Below, in pieces: positions 14,090-28,745 of a DNA stretch of 64,000 nt (its first letter is position 1; the number at the start of each line of letters is the position of its first letter). Origin of the DNA: Octopus vulgaris (Eukaryota). The DNA is taken from the NCBI GenBank assembly GCA_951406725.2, contig OX597816.1, positions 33,604,001 to 33,668,000 of the forward strand, read 5' to 3'. The notes under the pieces are model-generated. The model ran no database searches and was not told where the DNA came from. It saw only the letters and a program-made list of their open reading frames with translations. The position numbers were made by a program, and so were the translations under genes.

Positions 14090-14580
14090 CTCATCACCAT
14101 CACTTCCTCCGCCACCAGCCTTTGCTAAACTGTTAGCATTACCACCATCACTTCCACTACCACAACAACAACCGGCACTACCAGCAGCAGTAACAACAAC
14201 AACCATGACACCTACAACACCGAACATATGATCATTACTAACTTCATCTTTTTATTTTTACCTCTTCACCGTTATCATTCAATATCATCATCATCATCCT
14301 CATCATAGGAATGATAAATATCGTCATCATCATCGTCGTCATCTTGATCAATCGCATCTTCTTCAGCACCACCATCTCCATCAGTGTAATCAGAATCACT
14401 ATAACCATCAACAACGCCACTGCCACCACGATCATCATCATTATCAGTAACATCATCGTCGTCATCATCATCATCACCATCACCATCATCATCGTTATCA
14501 TCATCATCATCATCATCATCTCTTCATCATCATCATCATCATCATCTCTTCATCATCATCATCATCATCATTATCATCAT
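14090..14580. repeat. Degenerate (CAT/CAC/CAA)n trinucleotide array
   Basis: Direct inspection. It produces the poly-I, poly-H and poly-M pseudo-ORFs. Confidence 0.9.
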
Positions 14581-15289
14581 TTGAAGCACTCAGAAGAATC
14601 TGCATTGCTACTAATACCGAAATCATAAGAGCGAATAATAGCGAATTAATTTCACTGATAGTGGCTCCATTAGTGACTGATCTAGAATCGGCCATATTGC
14701 ATTCACATAACCCTCGATTAAGGAAATTCAGTTTTCCGATTACCAAAGAGAAATCGGCCGTTTTCGAACGGATTTTGTTTTTTTGTTTTTTACTATTGTA
14801 TGGTGCCATAAATCTTGTTTCTTACCCCCAACAACAAAGGCATTCAGCAATAGCCTGATAACCTATGAACAGAACAAAAGAAACCACTCTATAGTCGAAT
14901 CTTACCCGGAATAACTGGGGGAATATTTATCGCTTAGACACTAACAAATCAAATTTCGGATGAAAAATGTACATAGATGTAACTTCACACACACAAACTC
15001 ACACACTCGCACACACACACACACGCACGCACAAATACGCACGCGCGAACACATAAATTTCAATATATTTTCTGGCCTTGCATGCATATACATTTACATA
15101 CATATGTCTACATACCCACCACTACCACATAGACACGAACATACATGTGTGTATGTATGTATATGTGTATGCATATAGACATACGCATATAAGTATTTAT
15201 ATATGTATGTCCATATGCATATATGTTTATTTATATAGACATATATAAAAACAGATATATCTATATATATATCTACATATGTACATAAC

Positions 15290-15343
<54 letters not shown>

Positions 15344-15840
15344 TATTATACATATATATATATGTATATATTTTATTTATTATATATGGTGGTTGTCTGC
15401 TCCATATACACACTTTGACCACGTCCTATATCTACACCTAAGAAATATCATGGCGTCTGATGTGGCTTTTTAAACCAGACTGTTTTAAAAGGCACCCACA
15501 TAGATTGCATATCCGATTTGGACCACCAAGAGCTGCAGTTAAGTTCTGATCGTTGTGGATCTCAAAATCTCTTTCTCAAACCTCTGTTAGATTGCAGATC
15601 AGATCGTCTGGCATACATTGAACTGAAAGGTGTACGTTGACATATAGGCAGAATAGAGACATACGTACATTCATTTGCGTGTGTGCGTGCATATACATAG
15701 CTTCTTATTAAATCTGAAGCTGAACGTTTATCTCAAGAATCGAGTTTTACACCAGTGCAATTATAATCGCATTAATATATGAGTTAATGTATCTCATTTC
15801 TTCATTCTCCCTGTGTCTTTATCTTGCTCTCCCTTTGTAT

Positions 15841-15895
<55 letters not shown>

Positions 15896-17024
15896 ATATA
15901 TGGGTATAGGACATCACCAAAAGCAAGCATGAAATACGAAAACAAATGCTTTAAAAATGCAAAGAGCGACAGAAAAAAGGGAAAACAGGAGAAGTAACAC
16001 AAAGAACGACCCTTCATCAGTTGTCGACTGTCTGTCTACTCCTCATTTCGAGCATTGTATGACAATATAAGTCTATGAAAACAGTTGCTCCCATAAATAC
16101 CAAAATAAAACTTTGGATTTACGGAGGGTCAAAGTTGGGAACAAAATCATGACAATGGAGACATACGAGGAAACCGAACGAAAGCAAACATATAGGGTCG
16201 TTAGATCGGAACGAATGTAAAACAGCGAATGCTGGAGAAATATCTTCTATGAAAAGAGAAAAGATTGAAGAGTGAAACAGAAGACGTCCAGTCCTTAGGA
16301 CGTACTGACGAAAAGGGATGGTCACGTGAGGAAAAGTAAGATGGACGATGGTCCCGCGTGAGCAAGGAGAGTGAGAAAAAGAGAAATAGGGGATATACAT
16401 GTATGCGTGTGTGTGTGTATGCGCGTGTGCGTGAGTGTGTTAATACATGTCTGCATGTGTGATTAAAATGTCCCATCAAATGTAAATAATATACTTATAA
16501 AAGGTTTGTAATTTCGGGGAATTTGTTTTTGTGTATATATTATATACTCCGTTCCTATCCGGCAGAGGGCGCGCGTAGACGTGTGGAATGAAAGAAGATT
16601 CGTTTTCCACAATAGAATTGTCTCACTGATAGTCTGTTTGGTCATTCAAAACAGAATTATCCAGGTGCTTAGCAATACGTGTATTTTAAACCTTGACACC
16701 CAAAACGAATAGGAGCTTACGTTTTACTCAATGCAATAGGGAATCGTATAAATTTTGTTGTAAAGGGATGTTAAGTTTGAGAGACTGCTGGCAGTAGAAG
16801 TTGTCAAGAAGTCCATCCGGAGTTATACCTCTCTTCAAAAGAATTTGTTTTAGCAAGTGTATAATTGTAACTCGTTCGATCATATATTTTGAGACGTTCT
16901 TAAAGTAAATTTGTCACTTTACTGATATAACCCAACCTGAATTTTATAAGGAACTTGACTATGTTCGTCTAAATTTCATTTAACTATCCACTTAAGATTC
17001 TAGGCACAATCCATACGCATATGC

Positions 17025-17064
<40 letters not shown>

Positions 17065-17108
17065 GCATAGAAATGTGTGTATGTATCTATATGGGTATGT
17101 GTATATAT

Positions 17109-17150
<42 letters not shown>

Positions 17151-17181
17151 ATATATATATGTATATATATATATATATATA

Positions 17182-17237
17182 TGATTGATTGATTGAGTCT
17201 AGTTTCAGCTTATGAGCTGTGGCCATGCTGGGGCACC

Positions 17238-17242
<5 letters not shown>
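17182..17242 (-). mobile_element. Extreme 3' tip (about 60 bp) of LINE family 1
   Basis: Reverse complement ATGGCGGTGCCCCAGCATGGCCACAGCTCATAAGCTGAAACTAGACTCAATCAATCAATCA is nearly identical to 7162-7214. Embedded in (TA)n. Confidence 0.85.
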
Positions 17243-17308
<66 letters not shown>

Positions 17309-17446
17309 AAAATATGAGTTAGAGATTGTGCAATTGTCTAAGGGATAAATGTATCCGAAGACACTACCGGTGTACTACCCTAGGTATAGTCGTAGCTATA
17401 AGGTATACAGTAGTTGGGAATTTAAAGGTAAACCCATGGTTTAATA

Positions 17447-17712
17447 CACGAGAGTAAGTCAAAAAGTAATGCCATTTTGTTTAGGAAGGGTATAATTACC
17501 AACACAGGAGCATGCATCATACATCGCAATGAAGCTGGTCCTCTGCGGATTACATCCCTACTACTCAACATAGTCGCCGTTACTCTCAATAGCAATGTCC
17601 CACCTTCGAATGAATACATGTATCCCTGACCCGTAAAAGTCTGTTGACTGTTCGTTGAGCCACTACTTCACTAAAGTTTTCACTTCCTCGTCATTAGAAT
17701 AATGTTTGCCCC
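17447..17712 (-). mobile_element. Mariner transposon 3' remnant
   Basis: Minus strand GKHYSNDEEVKTLVK*WLNEQSTDFYGSGIHVFIRRWDIAIESNGDYVE* resembles the mariner transposase C-terminus (FY..GI..L..RW......GDY). A TIR-like end lies near 17447. Confidence 0.75.
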
Positions 17713-18757
17713 TCTACTTTCATTCTAAATAACATAAGATTCTTTAATATACGAGATAAAGCATTTGTTTGATTGTAATTAAAATTCAGAGTTGCATCGA
17801 TGCGCCAAAATTGAAAGCAATCTGAGCAAAATTAAGTGGGAGGAAGTTTGCGGATGGGAAACACATTATCCGAGAACGGTAGTATAAGTACCAGGCTTAA
17901 AATAAAACAATTAGAGGGGTCGTTTCATTTAACTAAAAGAAACTTCAAAGCGGTCCCACAGATTGGCCGTAGTCTATTCACTGAAACAAGTAAGAGAGAT
18001 AGAAGTGATGCAAAGAATATTGTGCTAAGTACAACGGCGTAACTATTGCGGATTGTCAGTTTCTCTCCTAGAATATGACTGTAATTTAGAGAAATAGTGA
18101 AGAATATGAAACTTATCATCAATAATGATCAGTATGTGCTATATTGTAAAGACAAAAATGCTTCCCAATCTAAAATTATTTTCCTTTGGGTCCAAAATAT
18201 TCTGTACGAAAATTTGATAAACACGGTTGTTTTCTTACCATGACACAATATAAGAGATTTTGCATTATTCTGTTAAACATGGATTAACCAGCTGACATTT
18301 AAAAATTACATGACTATTTTTCCAATAATTGACAAAATCTTATCTCTCTCAGTATCTCTCTCCCTTTGATGTCTGTGAGTTATATCTGTTAACTTTGCCA
18401 AAAAGACGGATCATAATATTTTGTGCACGATCCAATAAACTATATTAATAGGCACGTAATTCAAGAGACTGCATAAAACATTATGTTGATTGCATTTAGA
18501 TGGCATCAATATAATAGACAAACGCCATGTGTGAGAAGATATATGAGAAGTCTTCCACAAATATAACAACTTTTTAACTATAACCCTCAACTTCCCCCAA
18601 CTTCCAGTATCAAGATTGTAAAAGATATAAAAATATAAAGAGGTTGATACGCAAATATATAAACATTCACTCAATTAGTTATATGGGTATTCTTTATAAA
18701 TCGCTACTCCATAGCACATGATTAAACTGATTTGAATATATACATACATACGTTTCA

Positions 18758-18806
<49 letters not shown>

Positions 18807-18807
<1 letters not shown>

Positions 18808-19066
18808 TTTGATACTTTGATAGGTTTCGGCCATTATTGGCTCAGGCCATGTCTAACTTAATAGCACCACCTGGTGAAGTCTTTCAAGTCAGAATTTGGA
18901 CACTATGGCCCACTCAAATATAGAGTTATTGTTTACAGAGACATATCCGGGTGTAGGGGGTTTATCCGGGATTTCTTGAAGGAATCTGTCCAAAGACGTC
19001 TTGAACCCTATAGGGACTGTTTCTGTTTGAATGTGTTTTGGTGTAATGTTAAAGAGAGCGGGGCCA
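18807..19066 (-). mobile_element. 5'-truncated CR1-group LINE (family 2), 3' end
   Basis: [28 protein letters not shown] parallels family 1 GPQLFNILPKNL..FKMKLDLFLSGVPDEP. (ATCAAAGT)2 tail, (TA)n on both sides. Confidence 0.8.
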
Positions 19067-19167
19067 ATATATATATATAAGCATATTTTTTCATAGAGGC
19101 ATATACACACACAGACATATATATATATATATATATACATATATATACATATGGCTATCAAGCAACA

Positions 19168-19240
<73 letters not shown>

Positions 19241-19272
19241 AGGAAACAAACAAGAGGCAGTTATAATGCAGC

Positions 19273-19420
19273 GATTGGTCAAAATAATGATGACGTCCCG
19301 TTCTACTTGACTAAAGCCACCTAACGAAACGATTGGTCAAAACGTTGATGACGTCACGCTACGCTGGATTGACCACCTAACAGGCATTATAAAACCGAGC
19401 ATTTCACAAAAACTCATTAG
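19273..19420 (+). promoter_or_regulatory. Pol II promoter-like cassette: two CCAAT + CRE modules, TATA box, Inr-like site
   Basis: Tandem ~58-bp units GATTGGTCAAAA..GATGACGTC(C/A)..CCACCTAAC, a perfect TGACGTCA at 19349-19356, TATAAAA at 19388-19394 and TCATT at 19414-19418. Confidence 0.4.
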
Positions 19421-19809
19421 AACCACCCAGCGAACATCCACCATGGGTCATCACATTTGCTTAAGGTAAAAATGAATTCCTCGCTCTTTCGGAAACATCA
19501 ATATTCTGTATTGACCGCTTTCCACCACTTTGATCTGTTTTTTGTATTGAATACGTATCGCCACCGTGGGCCACTGCATCGAACACTTTGGACATATACT
19601 TCAAACTATATATCAACTATACATGAACTCTAAGATGTCTGACTCCGTTGTGTATTATAAATGAATTTCTTGTGTTTGACGGCATGAGCTGTCTTTTTTA
19701 TATATAACTTTTTTTGATAAAGTTCATTTCAGGAACTGAAACATGTTATAATGTATATATAAAAATTAAAAATTGTATAATACAGCAGCATTTTCGAACT
19801 TCATTTTTT

Positions 19810-20250
<441 letters not shown>

Positions 20251-20254
<4 letters not shown>

Positions 20255-20552
20255 GTCATCCTATATATAGTGTGTTTTTTTTTATACTTCTTTTATATTT
20301 CAAAATTAAGATAAAGGAAGTTCGTTTTTAATTTATAATATACTCTCCTTCATTTTCTATAATGTACTTTCATATATCTGGTAGACTTCCAAAGACCCTG
20401 TTCCAAGGACGCGTCTGTGGCGTAAACTACTCCTATTGTACTGCTTCCTCTACAAAATTCATAGATTTTGCGTCCCAATGATTTTGAAGAATACGGTATA
20501 AGTAATATTCAGATGGAGCAATGTCCGGCATATATGGTGGGCGGGGCATCCC
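20251..20552 (-). mobile_element. Mariner transposon 3' remnant (second family)
   Basis: Minus strand MPRPPYMPDIAPSEYYLYRILQNHW...SLPDI*KYIIENEGEYII is a decayed HPPYSPDLAPSDY motif plus C-terminus. The element end abuts (TA)n at 20251. Confidence 0.8.
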
Positions 20553-21157
20553 ATATTTTCATATGTACATATGCCTGACAATATATATACAATTTGTAGA
20601 TAGGGTTACAATCGTAGTATTTTACTAAAAGGTGGTGTTTTTACACGTTTTTCTACAGCTATACTCGAGTAAATTGTGTTAGCAATAACATGTATATTAT
20701 GTGGAATATATACCACAATACTTTTTCAGTTTTCAATTTTGATACATAATATATATATATCTGTATGTATACATGTATGTACCTATTTTGGGGCAGGTGT
20801 GAGTATGCGCTTAACTCATACGGCATGGCATTCGGTTTTTATTTATGATTCGTTCGGCAAAACGATTCGAATAGAAATGCTAAATTTCGAAACAAAGTTT
20901 CTAGCGGCGTTTTCATTGTTAAAACACTCGAAAACTTTCTTTTACCTGATGTCAACCAATGAATAAATGAATGCGGATTATGTGTATATATATATGTGTA
21001 TATATATATATAGATATATGTGTATATATTGTATATATTATGTATATATTGTCTTTGTATATGCGTGTGTGTCTATATATATATATAGATATATGTGTAT
21101 ATATATATGTGTATATATATATATATAGATATATGTGTGTATATATATATGTATATA

Positions 21158-21301
<144 letters not shown>

Positions 21302-21879
21302 TACATACATACATACATACATACATACATACATACATACATGCATACATATATATATATAGCGTTTTTATAAGTTTCATGTGGAATCGACCTGTCAGAG
21401 GACATAAAGCAAATAGACTGTTAAAATAAACACAATTATGTTTCGCTTTAATAAACATTTATTTTAATATGTCTGGAGCGGATTTATGATTCCGCAGGAC
21501 TACAGAACTTAATAATCATCTACATTGGTTATAGACATCTTACCACTATTATGCAGAGAAATGTAAGTTAGATATTTCAAAAATATGCCTAATATGGAAG
21601 AAAAAAATCATTATTGTGTAGACGGATTTTTTGAGCTTTTCTTTAAATATATTATATTCAGTTGTTGAATGTTGAAAAGATATTCAAAACAATTGCATCT
21701 TTAGAACAATGCTGAGTTGTATTCATTTCAAGTATAATTAATTTCCCCTTTATCCTTCTATTTTCACTCAATATATATCATACATTTGAACGAATAGAAT
21801 ACAAGAGACCATATTGTCAAATATTGTCACATTTCTAGATTATTCTTTTACCACAATCCTTTTTCTTTGTTCTGTCTGT

Positions 21880-22220
21880 ATACTTAAGATAGATTGGGTT
21901 CCACTGCGTATTATCTTGGAGAGCTGCCTCCTTCTACAGCCGTGGAGCGACCAAATCCATACAAGAGGAGTTGATGGATAAAAACTAAAAGAAAGCCGTC
22001 TTTATACGTATATGTATGTGAGTCAGTGTGTGTACGTGCGCGTGTGTCTATGTGCATGCACGTTACGCCCCCTTAAATTGGCTGCTCGAAAAAAAAGCAG
22101 CCTCACTTATGAAGTACCAGACTTACTAATATAAGTAGTGAGGATACTTTGTTCGTGTAATCCATCGAAGGAGGTAGCCCAGCAGGGTTGCTGTCTAATG
22201 TCGAAATATTCAAAACGTAG
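21880..22220 (+). mobile_element. Highly decayed family B SINE
   Basis: Residual blocks CCACTGCGT..CTTGG..CTTCTAC..CGACCAAA..AAACTAAAAGAAAGCCGTC followed by an internal TG repeat, as in 46425-46840. Confidence 0.5.
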
Positions 22221-22479
22221 AATATAAGAACACAAGTAAAGATGAATCTAGATTAAAGCAGTATTTAATCCAGTAAGTCTGCACCAAAGACTTTATTGTT
22301 CGTTCCCCACTGCCCAAGAACATAGGTTAATATTTCACTGTACGTTGCTTTTATAATGTATCGAACTGGTACAATTGTTAGTAAAGGGTAAAGACAATTT
22401 TCGGTCATGAATGACCATGGAAGTGCACATAGAATGTTCTCCTCCGACGCACAAGTCCGGGCAATGTTGTTTGTGGAAT

Positions 22480-22712
22480 ACCAGCAGTCTCCCATGCAAT
22501 CCAGACTCGCCCCTTCATTCCACCGTCGTTATCAAAGGGAAAGGTGAAGGCTGATACAGCTTGGCAACTGTGACGTCGCAACTCCTGTTTGTAACGGAAT
22601 GAAATAAAGTGTCTTGCTCAAGAACAAAACACACTGTCTGGTCTGAGAATTGAGCTCATTAGCTCATGATTGTAAACCTGACGCTCTAATTACGAACCCA
22701 AGCACCTGTAGG
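22480..22712 (-). mobile_element. Decayed SINE, family D
   Basis: GAAATAAAGTGTCTTGCTCAAGAACAAAACAC block shared with 36230-36262. Confidence 0.5.
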
Positions 22713-23689
22713 CGCATTTCATCGATCTTTATGCTCGGATTTCAAATATCTTTAACTGTTTTTAGTTCGGTGTCCATAAAATAAGTTTCAATTGAGCACG
22801 GGATCGATGTAATCGATCTACCCACTCCCTCAAAATTGCAGTTCTGGTGCCAACATTTAAACCTAATAATAGACGTTTAGAATTTCAGTCATAGGCTTCA
22901 GATATATCAGCAATGCTACCGATAAATAAAGTACCCGTCAAATTCTCAACTAAAATTTAACATTCTTATAAAATAACTTACAGATAATTGAAATAATAAT
23001 ACATGAGATATGATATGAATGAAATAATCATGTAAAGTTTTATATGATTGCGTTGAATAAATCCACTTTCATCTTTTAACTTCTCGTTTTATTCCAGTTA
23101 TACTTAAAGGGATCCACTACATGGACAATCTCCTTAAATTAACACAGAAGTGAAAGATCTAAGAATGAGACTTAAGATTATTATCGTCAAATTTGCAATA
23201 ATGTATCTTCAAGCATGTAACCCAGTAACACATCTGTTACAATTTGTTATGATTATGACTGAAATTAATACCTACCAAAATTTCACTTTTATTACTAACT
23301 ATATCAAAAGAACTTGAAAAGGGAAATTTCTTTCAACTATCGCTGGTGCTGATCCTAAATATTAATGAGACAATAGTAATTGCCATATTGTATTGAATAC
23401 GCTTGACGTAAAGATGCATTTGCTAGTATGAGATATCCCTGTCTTGATTGAAATTCAAACCCTTTATCGTTATGCTAGTGAATTCGTGCCTTTTCTATAC
23501 ACACATACACACGTGTGTATGTGTGTGTGTGTGTGTTTGAATGTGTGTGACTGTAACAGTTATTTACATTTATAAACCTATAAACCTTATAAACACATGA
23601 ATGCAGACAAATATGAATTCACACACATACAGATAGATATATGTATACGTATATAATATATAGACAGACACACGCATATACAAAGACAA

Positions 23690-23840
<151 letters not shown>

Positions 23841-24984
23841 TCAGAGAGATAGATAGACAGACAGACAGACAGAGTCATACATATATACATGACATACATA
23901 CATAAACTCACATATATAAAGGTTTACATACATATAAAGGTATTTAGAAACATAAGCAGACCATTTAACCACTCGTCATGTCAGCTTCCGCATCAGAGAT
24001 TTATTTCTATGCGTCGAGAAAGGTACACATATCTATGATTTTACGCGTATGATTTCGATGCATATGGATTTGGACTACTTTCCGCACCCGTTTCCAAATA
24101 TTTTTGCTCTACGTGCTCATGCATTGACTGATAAAATGCGTAGATGCACGAGGAAATTCTCTGTTAAATCTAAAATTTATAAGGTCGGCACTTTTCGTCG
24201 TCGCGGGCTAAATACCTTAAATATCAAAAGAGAATTAAATATTACTTGGTCACACCCAGAATCGAGTAACGAGATCTATCCTTACATTCACAGAGCTTAT
24301 ATCGGTTTTTCTGATTTCATTTAACTCCGTTTACAGTTCATCCTCGGAAATCCATCTTGCCATCTATTTACCAAATTGCTGTTAGGTATGGCATTAAGAT
24401 ATCCTTATATCAGGTATACCGGTGTGTCAGTTCAAAAGTGATGAATCGACATTTCAATATAAATTATCCGTCTTACTGTTACAGCCATATATCTTTCTCC
24501 ATCATAACAAAACATTTATCTCCCACCACCTTAGTACTTCACTACTCACGTATCGACTACCATTTGCCATTGTTAACGGTAAACAGACAACACATATATT
24601 GCCTGTTTAATTGTTATGTGTTGTAGCTAATTTTGCTTAGTTTATTAATCAATTATCTATAATTATCCATTTACATAATTATTTAAATAGGCAACTAACT
24701 AGTCATCCATCAACTATATAAGTAGTCAATATATTATATGATCAATGATTTATTTACTCATCCATTTCGATAGTTAATTATTTCTTAAATCATACGTTTA
24801 ATCATTTACGTAATTAATTCTCATATGTTACAATATTTATTTCTTTAAAAACACTCATCCATGTAATCCTCTTTACAGTATACTTCGAACTGTGTTTTCT
24901 TTCAGTAAATGTAGATAATTCTTCCGAACCACCTGAAAGCTATGATTTATAATTCTTTCAGTAAAAATTCCTTACCAACATATA

Positions 24985-25216
24985 TGGCAGGCCTGGCTTA
25001 GGACTAATGTTGCTGTAATTTAGCCCCAGGAGTAATTTACCTCTAGCTCGCTATACGACATGATCTACGTCCTTATATTTTGGAACAAGGGAATCTAGCA
25101 CTCCAACTCAGCTTAAAACAATATCTGTGTAACGCAATTTCTGGGTTATTTCTCTTCATCGTATAGCCAGCTAGGGGTTAAATTACAGCAACATTAGTCC
25201 CAGATCGGGACTGCCA
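24985..25216. mobile_element. MITE-like element with ~45-bp terminal inverted repeats
   Basis: TGGCAG..GGACTAATGTTGCTGTAATTTAGCCCC is mirrored by GGGGTTAAATTACAGCAACATTAGTCC..CTGCCA. A second inner pair is CTAGCT.GCTATACGA / TCGTATAGC.AGCTAG. Confidence 0.75.
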
Positions 25217-25430
25217 CGTTATAACGGCAAACAATCTTTAATATGAACTACTGTTGCTTAATATCTCACGTTCTGAGATTTAAAAATAATAATTTAAAAA
25301 ATTATAATTATTGTTTATCTGTATTTTCTCTTTCGAGATTATATTAAATATATAGATTTTATTGTAGCCATTTAAATAGTAACACACACATATGTGTACA
25401 CATGTATATATATATATACATATATACATA

Positions 25431-25470
<40 letters not shown>

Positions 25471-25504
25471 TAAATATATATATTCATACATATAGGTATA
25501 AATG

Positions 25505-25549
<45 letters not shown>

Positions 25550-25647
25550 CATATATACATTCATATATAAATATGTTTATATTTAGACATATATATTTAT
25601 ATACATATAAGATTTTTTATACATATATACACATATATATATATACA

Positions 25648-25713
<66 letters not shown>

Positions 25714-25759
25714 AAGTCAAATTGCGATAAAATAAAATTAATTATTATCGCTGATTTAT

Positions 25760-25830
<71 letters not shown>

Positions 25831-25835
25831 CCATA

Positions 25836-25879
<44 letters not shown>

Positions 25880-25882
25880 CCA

Positions 25883-25929
<47 letters not shown>

Positions 25930-25934
25930 CCATA

Positions 25935-25974
<40 letters not shown>

Positions 25975-26494
25975 TATGGACACACACATATATATCTTTT
26001 ACTCTTTACTTGTTTCAGTCATATATAAATCTGCAACTTGTAACGCGTTTTCTATCCCTTGGTTTTAATCCGTATTGGGTGCTGCCAATATGTATTACCT
26101 GTATCTATTATCAACACCAACGTAATCATGGTCCACACAAAATCCAGTACAACCACCACCACACACCTTCAGCAACCTAGCACCTTCATTCATGACCAAT
26201 AACCACGGGAAGCCTTAAATGAAAGATTATGCACATCTATCTAGAGTTAAAGACAATCTCATGAGATCATGTAGTAACACACGGTATTTAAAAAATTGAA
26301 TACATTTTTTGTCTTAGGTCAATGAGAATGTCATTAGATTAAAGAGATAAAAGAAAAAAATATGACCATCTCCATCAATAATGTCAATACCTTCAAAATC
26401 AGCACCAGCACCAACTGTCGCCACCCCTGTTAGATTTACCTTCAAGGCGACTTCAAAGAATTTATCAAGAAGAACTGAAGGCAAGTGTGAGACA

Positions 26495-27420
26495 GAAGAA
26501 CGTAAAATTATTGCACTTGTCATTAAAATGTTTTTGAAAGGTTTGATGCAGGAGAAATATCAGCTAGATTGCCAAAACAGCAAGCTTTCAGAAAAAAATA
26601 CCTGACAACTGAGATAAAATTAAGTGAAGAGATCAACAATTCTTTCAGTTAAATACTCAGACATTATAATTTCGTGAACCTGAACGGATGCTTAAGATTG
26701 ATCGACACGTACGAGAATGGATTGAAATCAGTCTTGACGCGACATTATGTGCAAAGAAGCACAAGGATAATTAAACCAAGAAGCACGAGAGTAATAAAGC
26801 CAAATGTGGGTTGAACGTCCAATATATAATTATTTCTAGCTAGTAAAGTATCGGAAATGTTTAAAATACCCTTGAATCTGCACAAGATGAATAGTTGAAA
26901 GAAACGATTGCTAAAGGGCGCTACACTCTAGTCAAAGTATGCGCTGTTGATAAAACGACATTATCCTGAAGTGCAAGCCCGCTGGATCTATAATAAGTGA
27001 AGAAGAAAAGTAATTGCCGGGATCCAAAATTGCCCAAGTATAATCAGATGCTTCATCTAAGCTGGTGATATGTAAAGGAAGCCCCATACACTTGAATCCC
27101 TTTGAAAATTCAAAGGGATCTAAGCATTATTCAATGAATAACTAAACTCTGATTTAGAATTAGTTTACTTTACGTATAAATTGGTGTTCAAATAAGAAGG
27201 CACGGATGACTATAAGCCTTTTCCAAGTGTTATTTATACATATTTTGTGGTTCGTGCTTGAAAGAGTCAGTTATAGAAAAATTCTCAACAGATCGATGAC
27301 CATTTTAGACAATGCGCTAAGCCACGCAGTGAAGTTAACCGAGCGAGTCTCCGATAATGAGTGAGTCGAATATACCATAAACAATACTTTTTTGCTCCAG
27401 CCAATAGATCACACTAACTT
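26495..27420 (+). pseudogene. Decayed pogo/Tigger-type DDD transposase
   Basis: Ordered remnants ERKIIALVIK..RFDAGE (HTH), LKETIAKGRYTLVKVCAVDKTTL (cf. GY.PEQVFN.DETGL), ISEEEK*LPGSK, WCSNKKARMT (cf. W.SNKKAWMT), ILDNALSH (cf. LDNAPGH) and LLQPIDH (cf. LQPMDQG). Many stops and frameshifts. Confidence 0.8.
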
Positions 27421-27535
27421 CAAGGATTGCAGAATAATATCCCCGGAAGATTACGTGTTCCCATCCATGCCTCATTTCTTGCGCACACAACGCTTTACTA
27501 ACAAAGAGGAGTGTGTGGTCATCTATATATGCTGA

Positions 27536-27593
<58 letters not shown>

Positions 27594-27695
27594 TATACAG
27601 TTAAGTCTAGGCCCGGTCACGGTGTGACCAATGGTTTCGCATCCATATAAGCATTAATCTTGAGGACGACTCGTGAGATTTTACTAGAACGCCAT

Positions 27696-27900
27696 ATTTA
27701 TTTCTCTATTGCCCACAAGGGGCTAAACATAGAGATTAAATCAATTACATCGACCCAGTGCGTAACTGGTACTTATTTAATCGACACCGAAAGGACGAAA
27801 GACAAAGTCGACCTCAGCGGAAATTGAACTCAGGACGTAACCACAGACGAAATACCGCTAGACATTTCACCCGGCATCCCAACGATTCTGCCAGCTCGCC
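27696..27900 (-). mobile_element. tRNA-derived SINE, family C
   Basis: Minus strand GGCGAGCTGGCAGAATCGTT..GAGTTCAATTTCCGC.GAGGTCGACTTTG.CTTT..TCCTTTCGG..TCGAT..ATAAGTACCAGT, repeated elsewhere in the window. Confidence 0.8.
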
Positions 27901-28009
27901 ATATTAGAGTCTATGTAACTAAGCTAATTGTGGATGCGAAACAATTGAGGCTCTATGACCAGGCATATATGTATCTGCATATAAATGCCTTACAATAATC
28001 ATGATAACC

Positions 28010-28745
28010 AATAAGATCCGGGTGCTGGCATGGATGACAAAGAGTAAATCGGTATTATATCTGTAAAAGCTAAATATAGGGAATGCGGTAGTAAATTTTC
28101 AACCAATATCTTGTTTGTCATTTATATGGAAATTGATGATGAGTGTTATCCCAAACAGCATTTACAGTTATCTAGAAAAGAATGAGCAGCAAAACAAAAA
28201 GAGTGTAGATGCAAACGCAGAGGGATTAAGGATCAATTAGATAAGACTGTCTTGAATGACTGCAAGAAGAGACTCAAAAATATGATTATGGCATGGGTGG
28301 ACTCGGAGAAAGTCTATTTAACGCCGATGATAACAATGTGAAGTTCGTGCAAAGATCAATGGCAACCTCGAGAACTGAACTCACAGCGTGTGGTAAGAGA
28401 CGAAAATAGTAAACAGGAATTTTTCAAGGAGACAACCTATCTACCCTTCTATTTATCATCAGCAGGGTATCTGGAACAAGGAAAGATGTGCGTAGGGTAC
28501 ACTCTAGGCAATGTGCAAATAACATGTTGGTTATAAATAACCTAAGCTTTTTTAAAAAGAATGAGAGAATGATTGCTAGTTTGATGTCCACAGCTCGGAT
28601 GGTTAGCAAGACTGCTAGGATGGAGTTCGGGATAGAAAAGTATGGTGTAGTGGTACTAAAAAGAGGAACAGTGAGTAGAAGCTATGGGATGAAGCTGGAA
28701 ATTGGGGAAAACCATTAAGGAATTTGGAGCAGAAAGGTATAAGTG
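28010..28745 (+). pseudogene. Decayed reverse transcriptase of an R4/Dong-type non-LTR retrotransposon
   Basis: Remnants CRCKRRGIKDQL..DKTVLNDCKKRLKNMIMAWVD, GIFQGDNLSTLLFI and SLMSTARMVSKTARMEFGIEKYGVVVLKRG (cf. GCRR.SRG.KDQLLIDK, GIFQGDSLSPLLF, DIGMEFG.DKC). The catalytic YMDD motif is lost. Confidence 0.8.

Noticed and set aside
15900-16400. Repeat-like insert with CTGATGA on the minus strand at 16014-16020
   Set aside because: No helix II followed by GAAA could be built, so it is not called a hammerhead. Element class undetermined.
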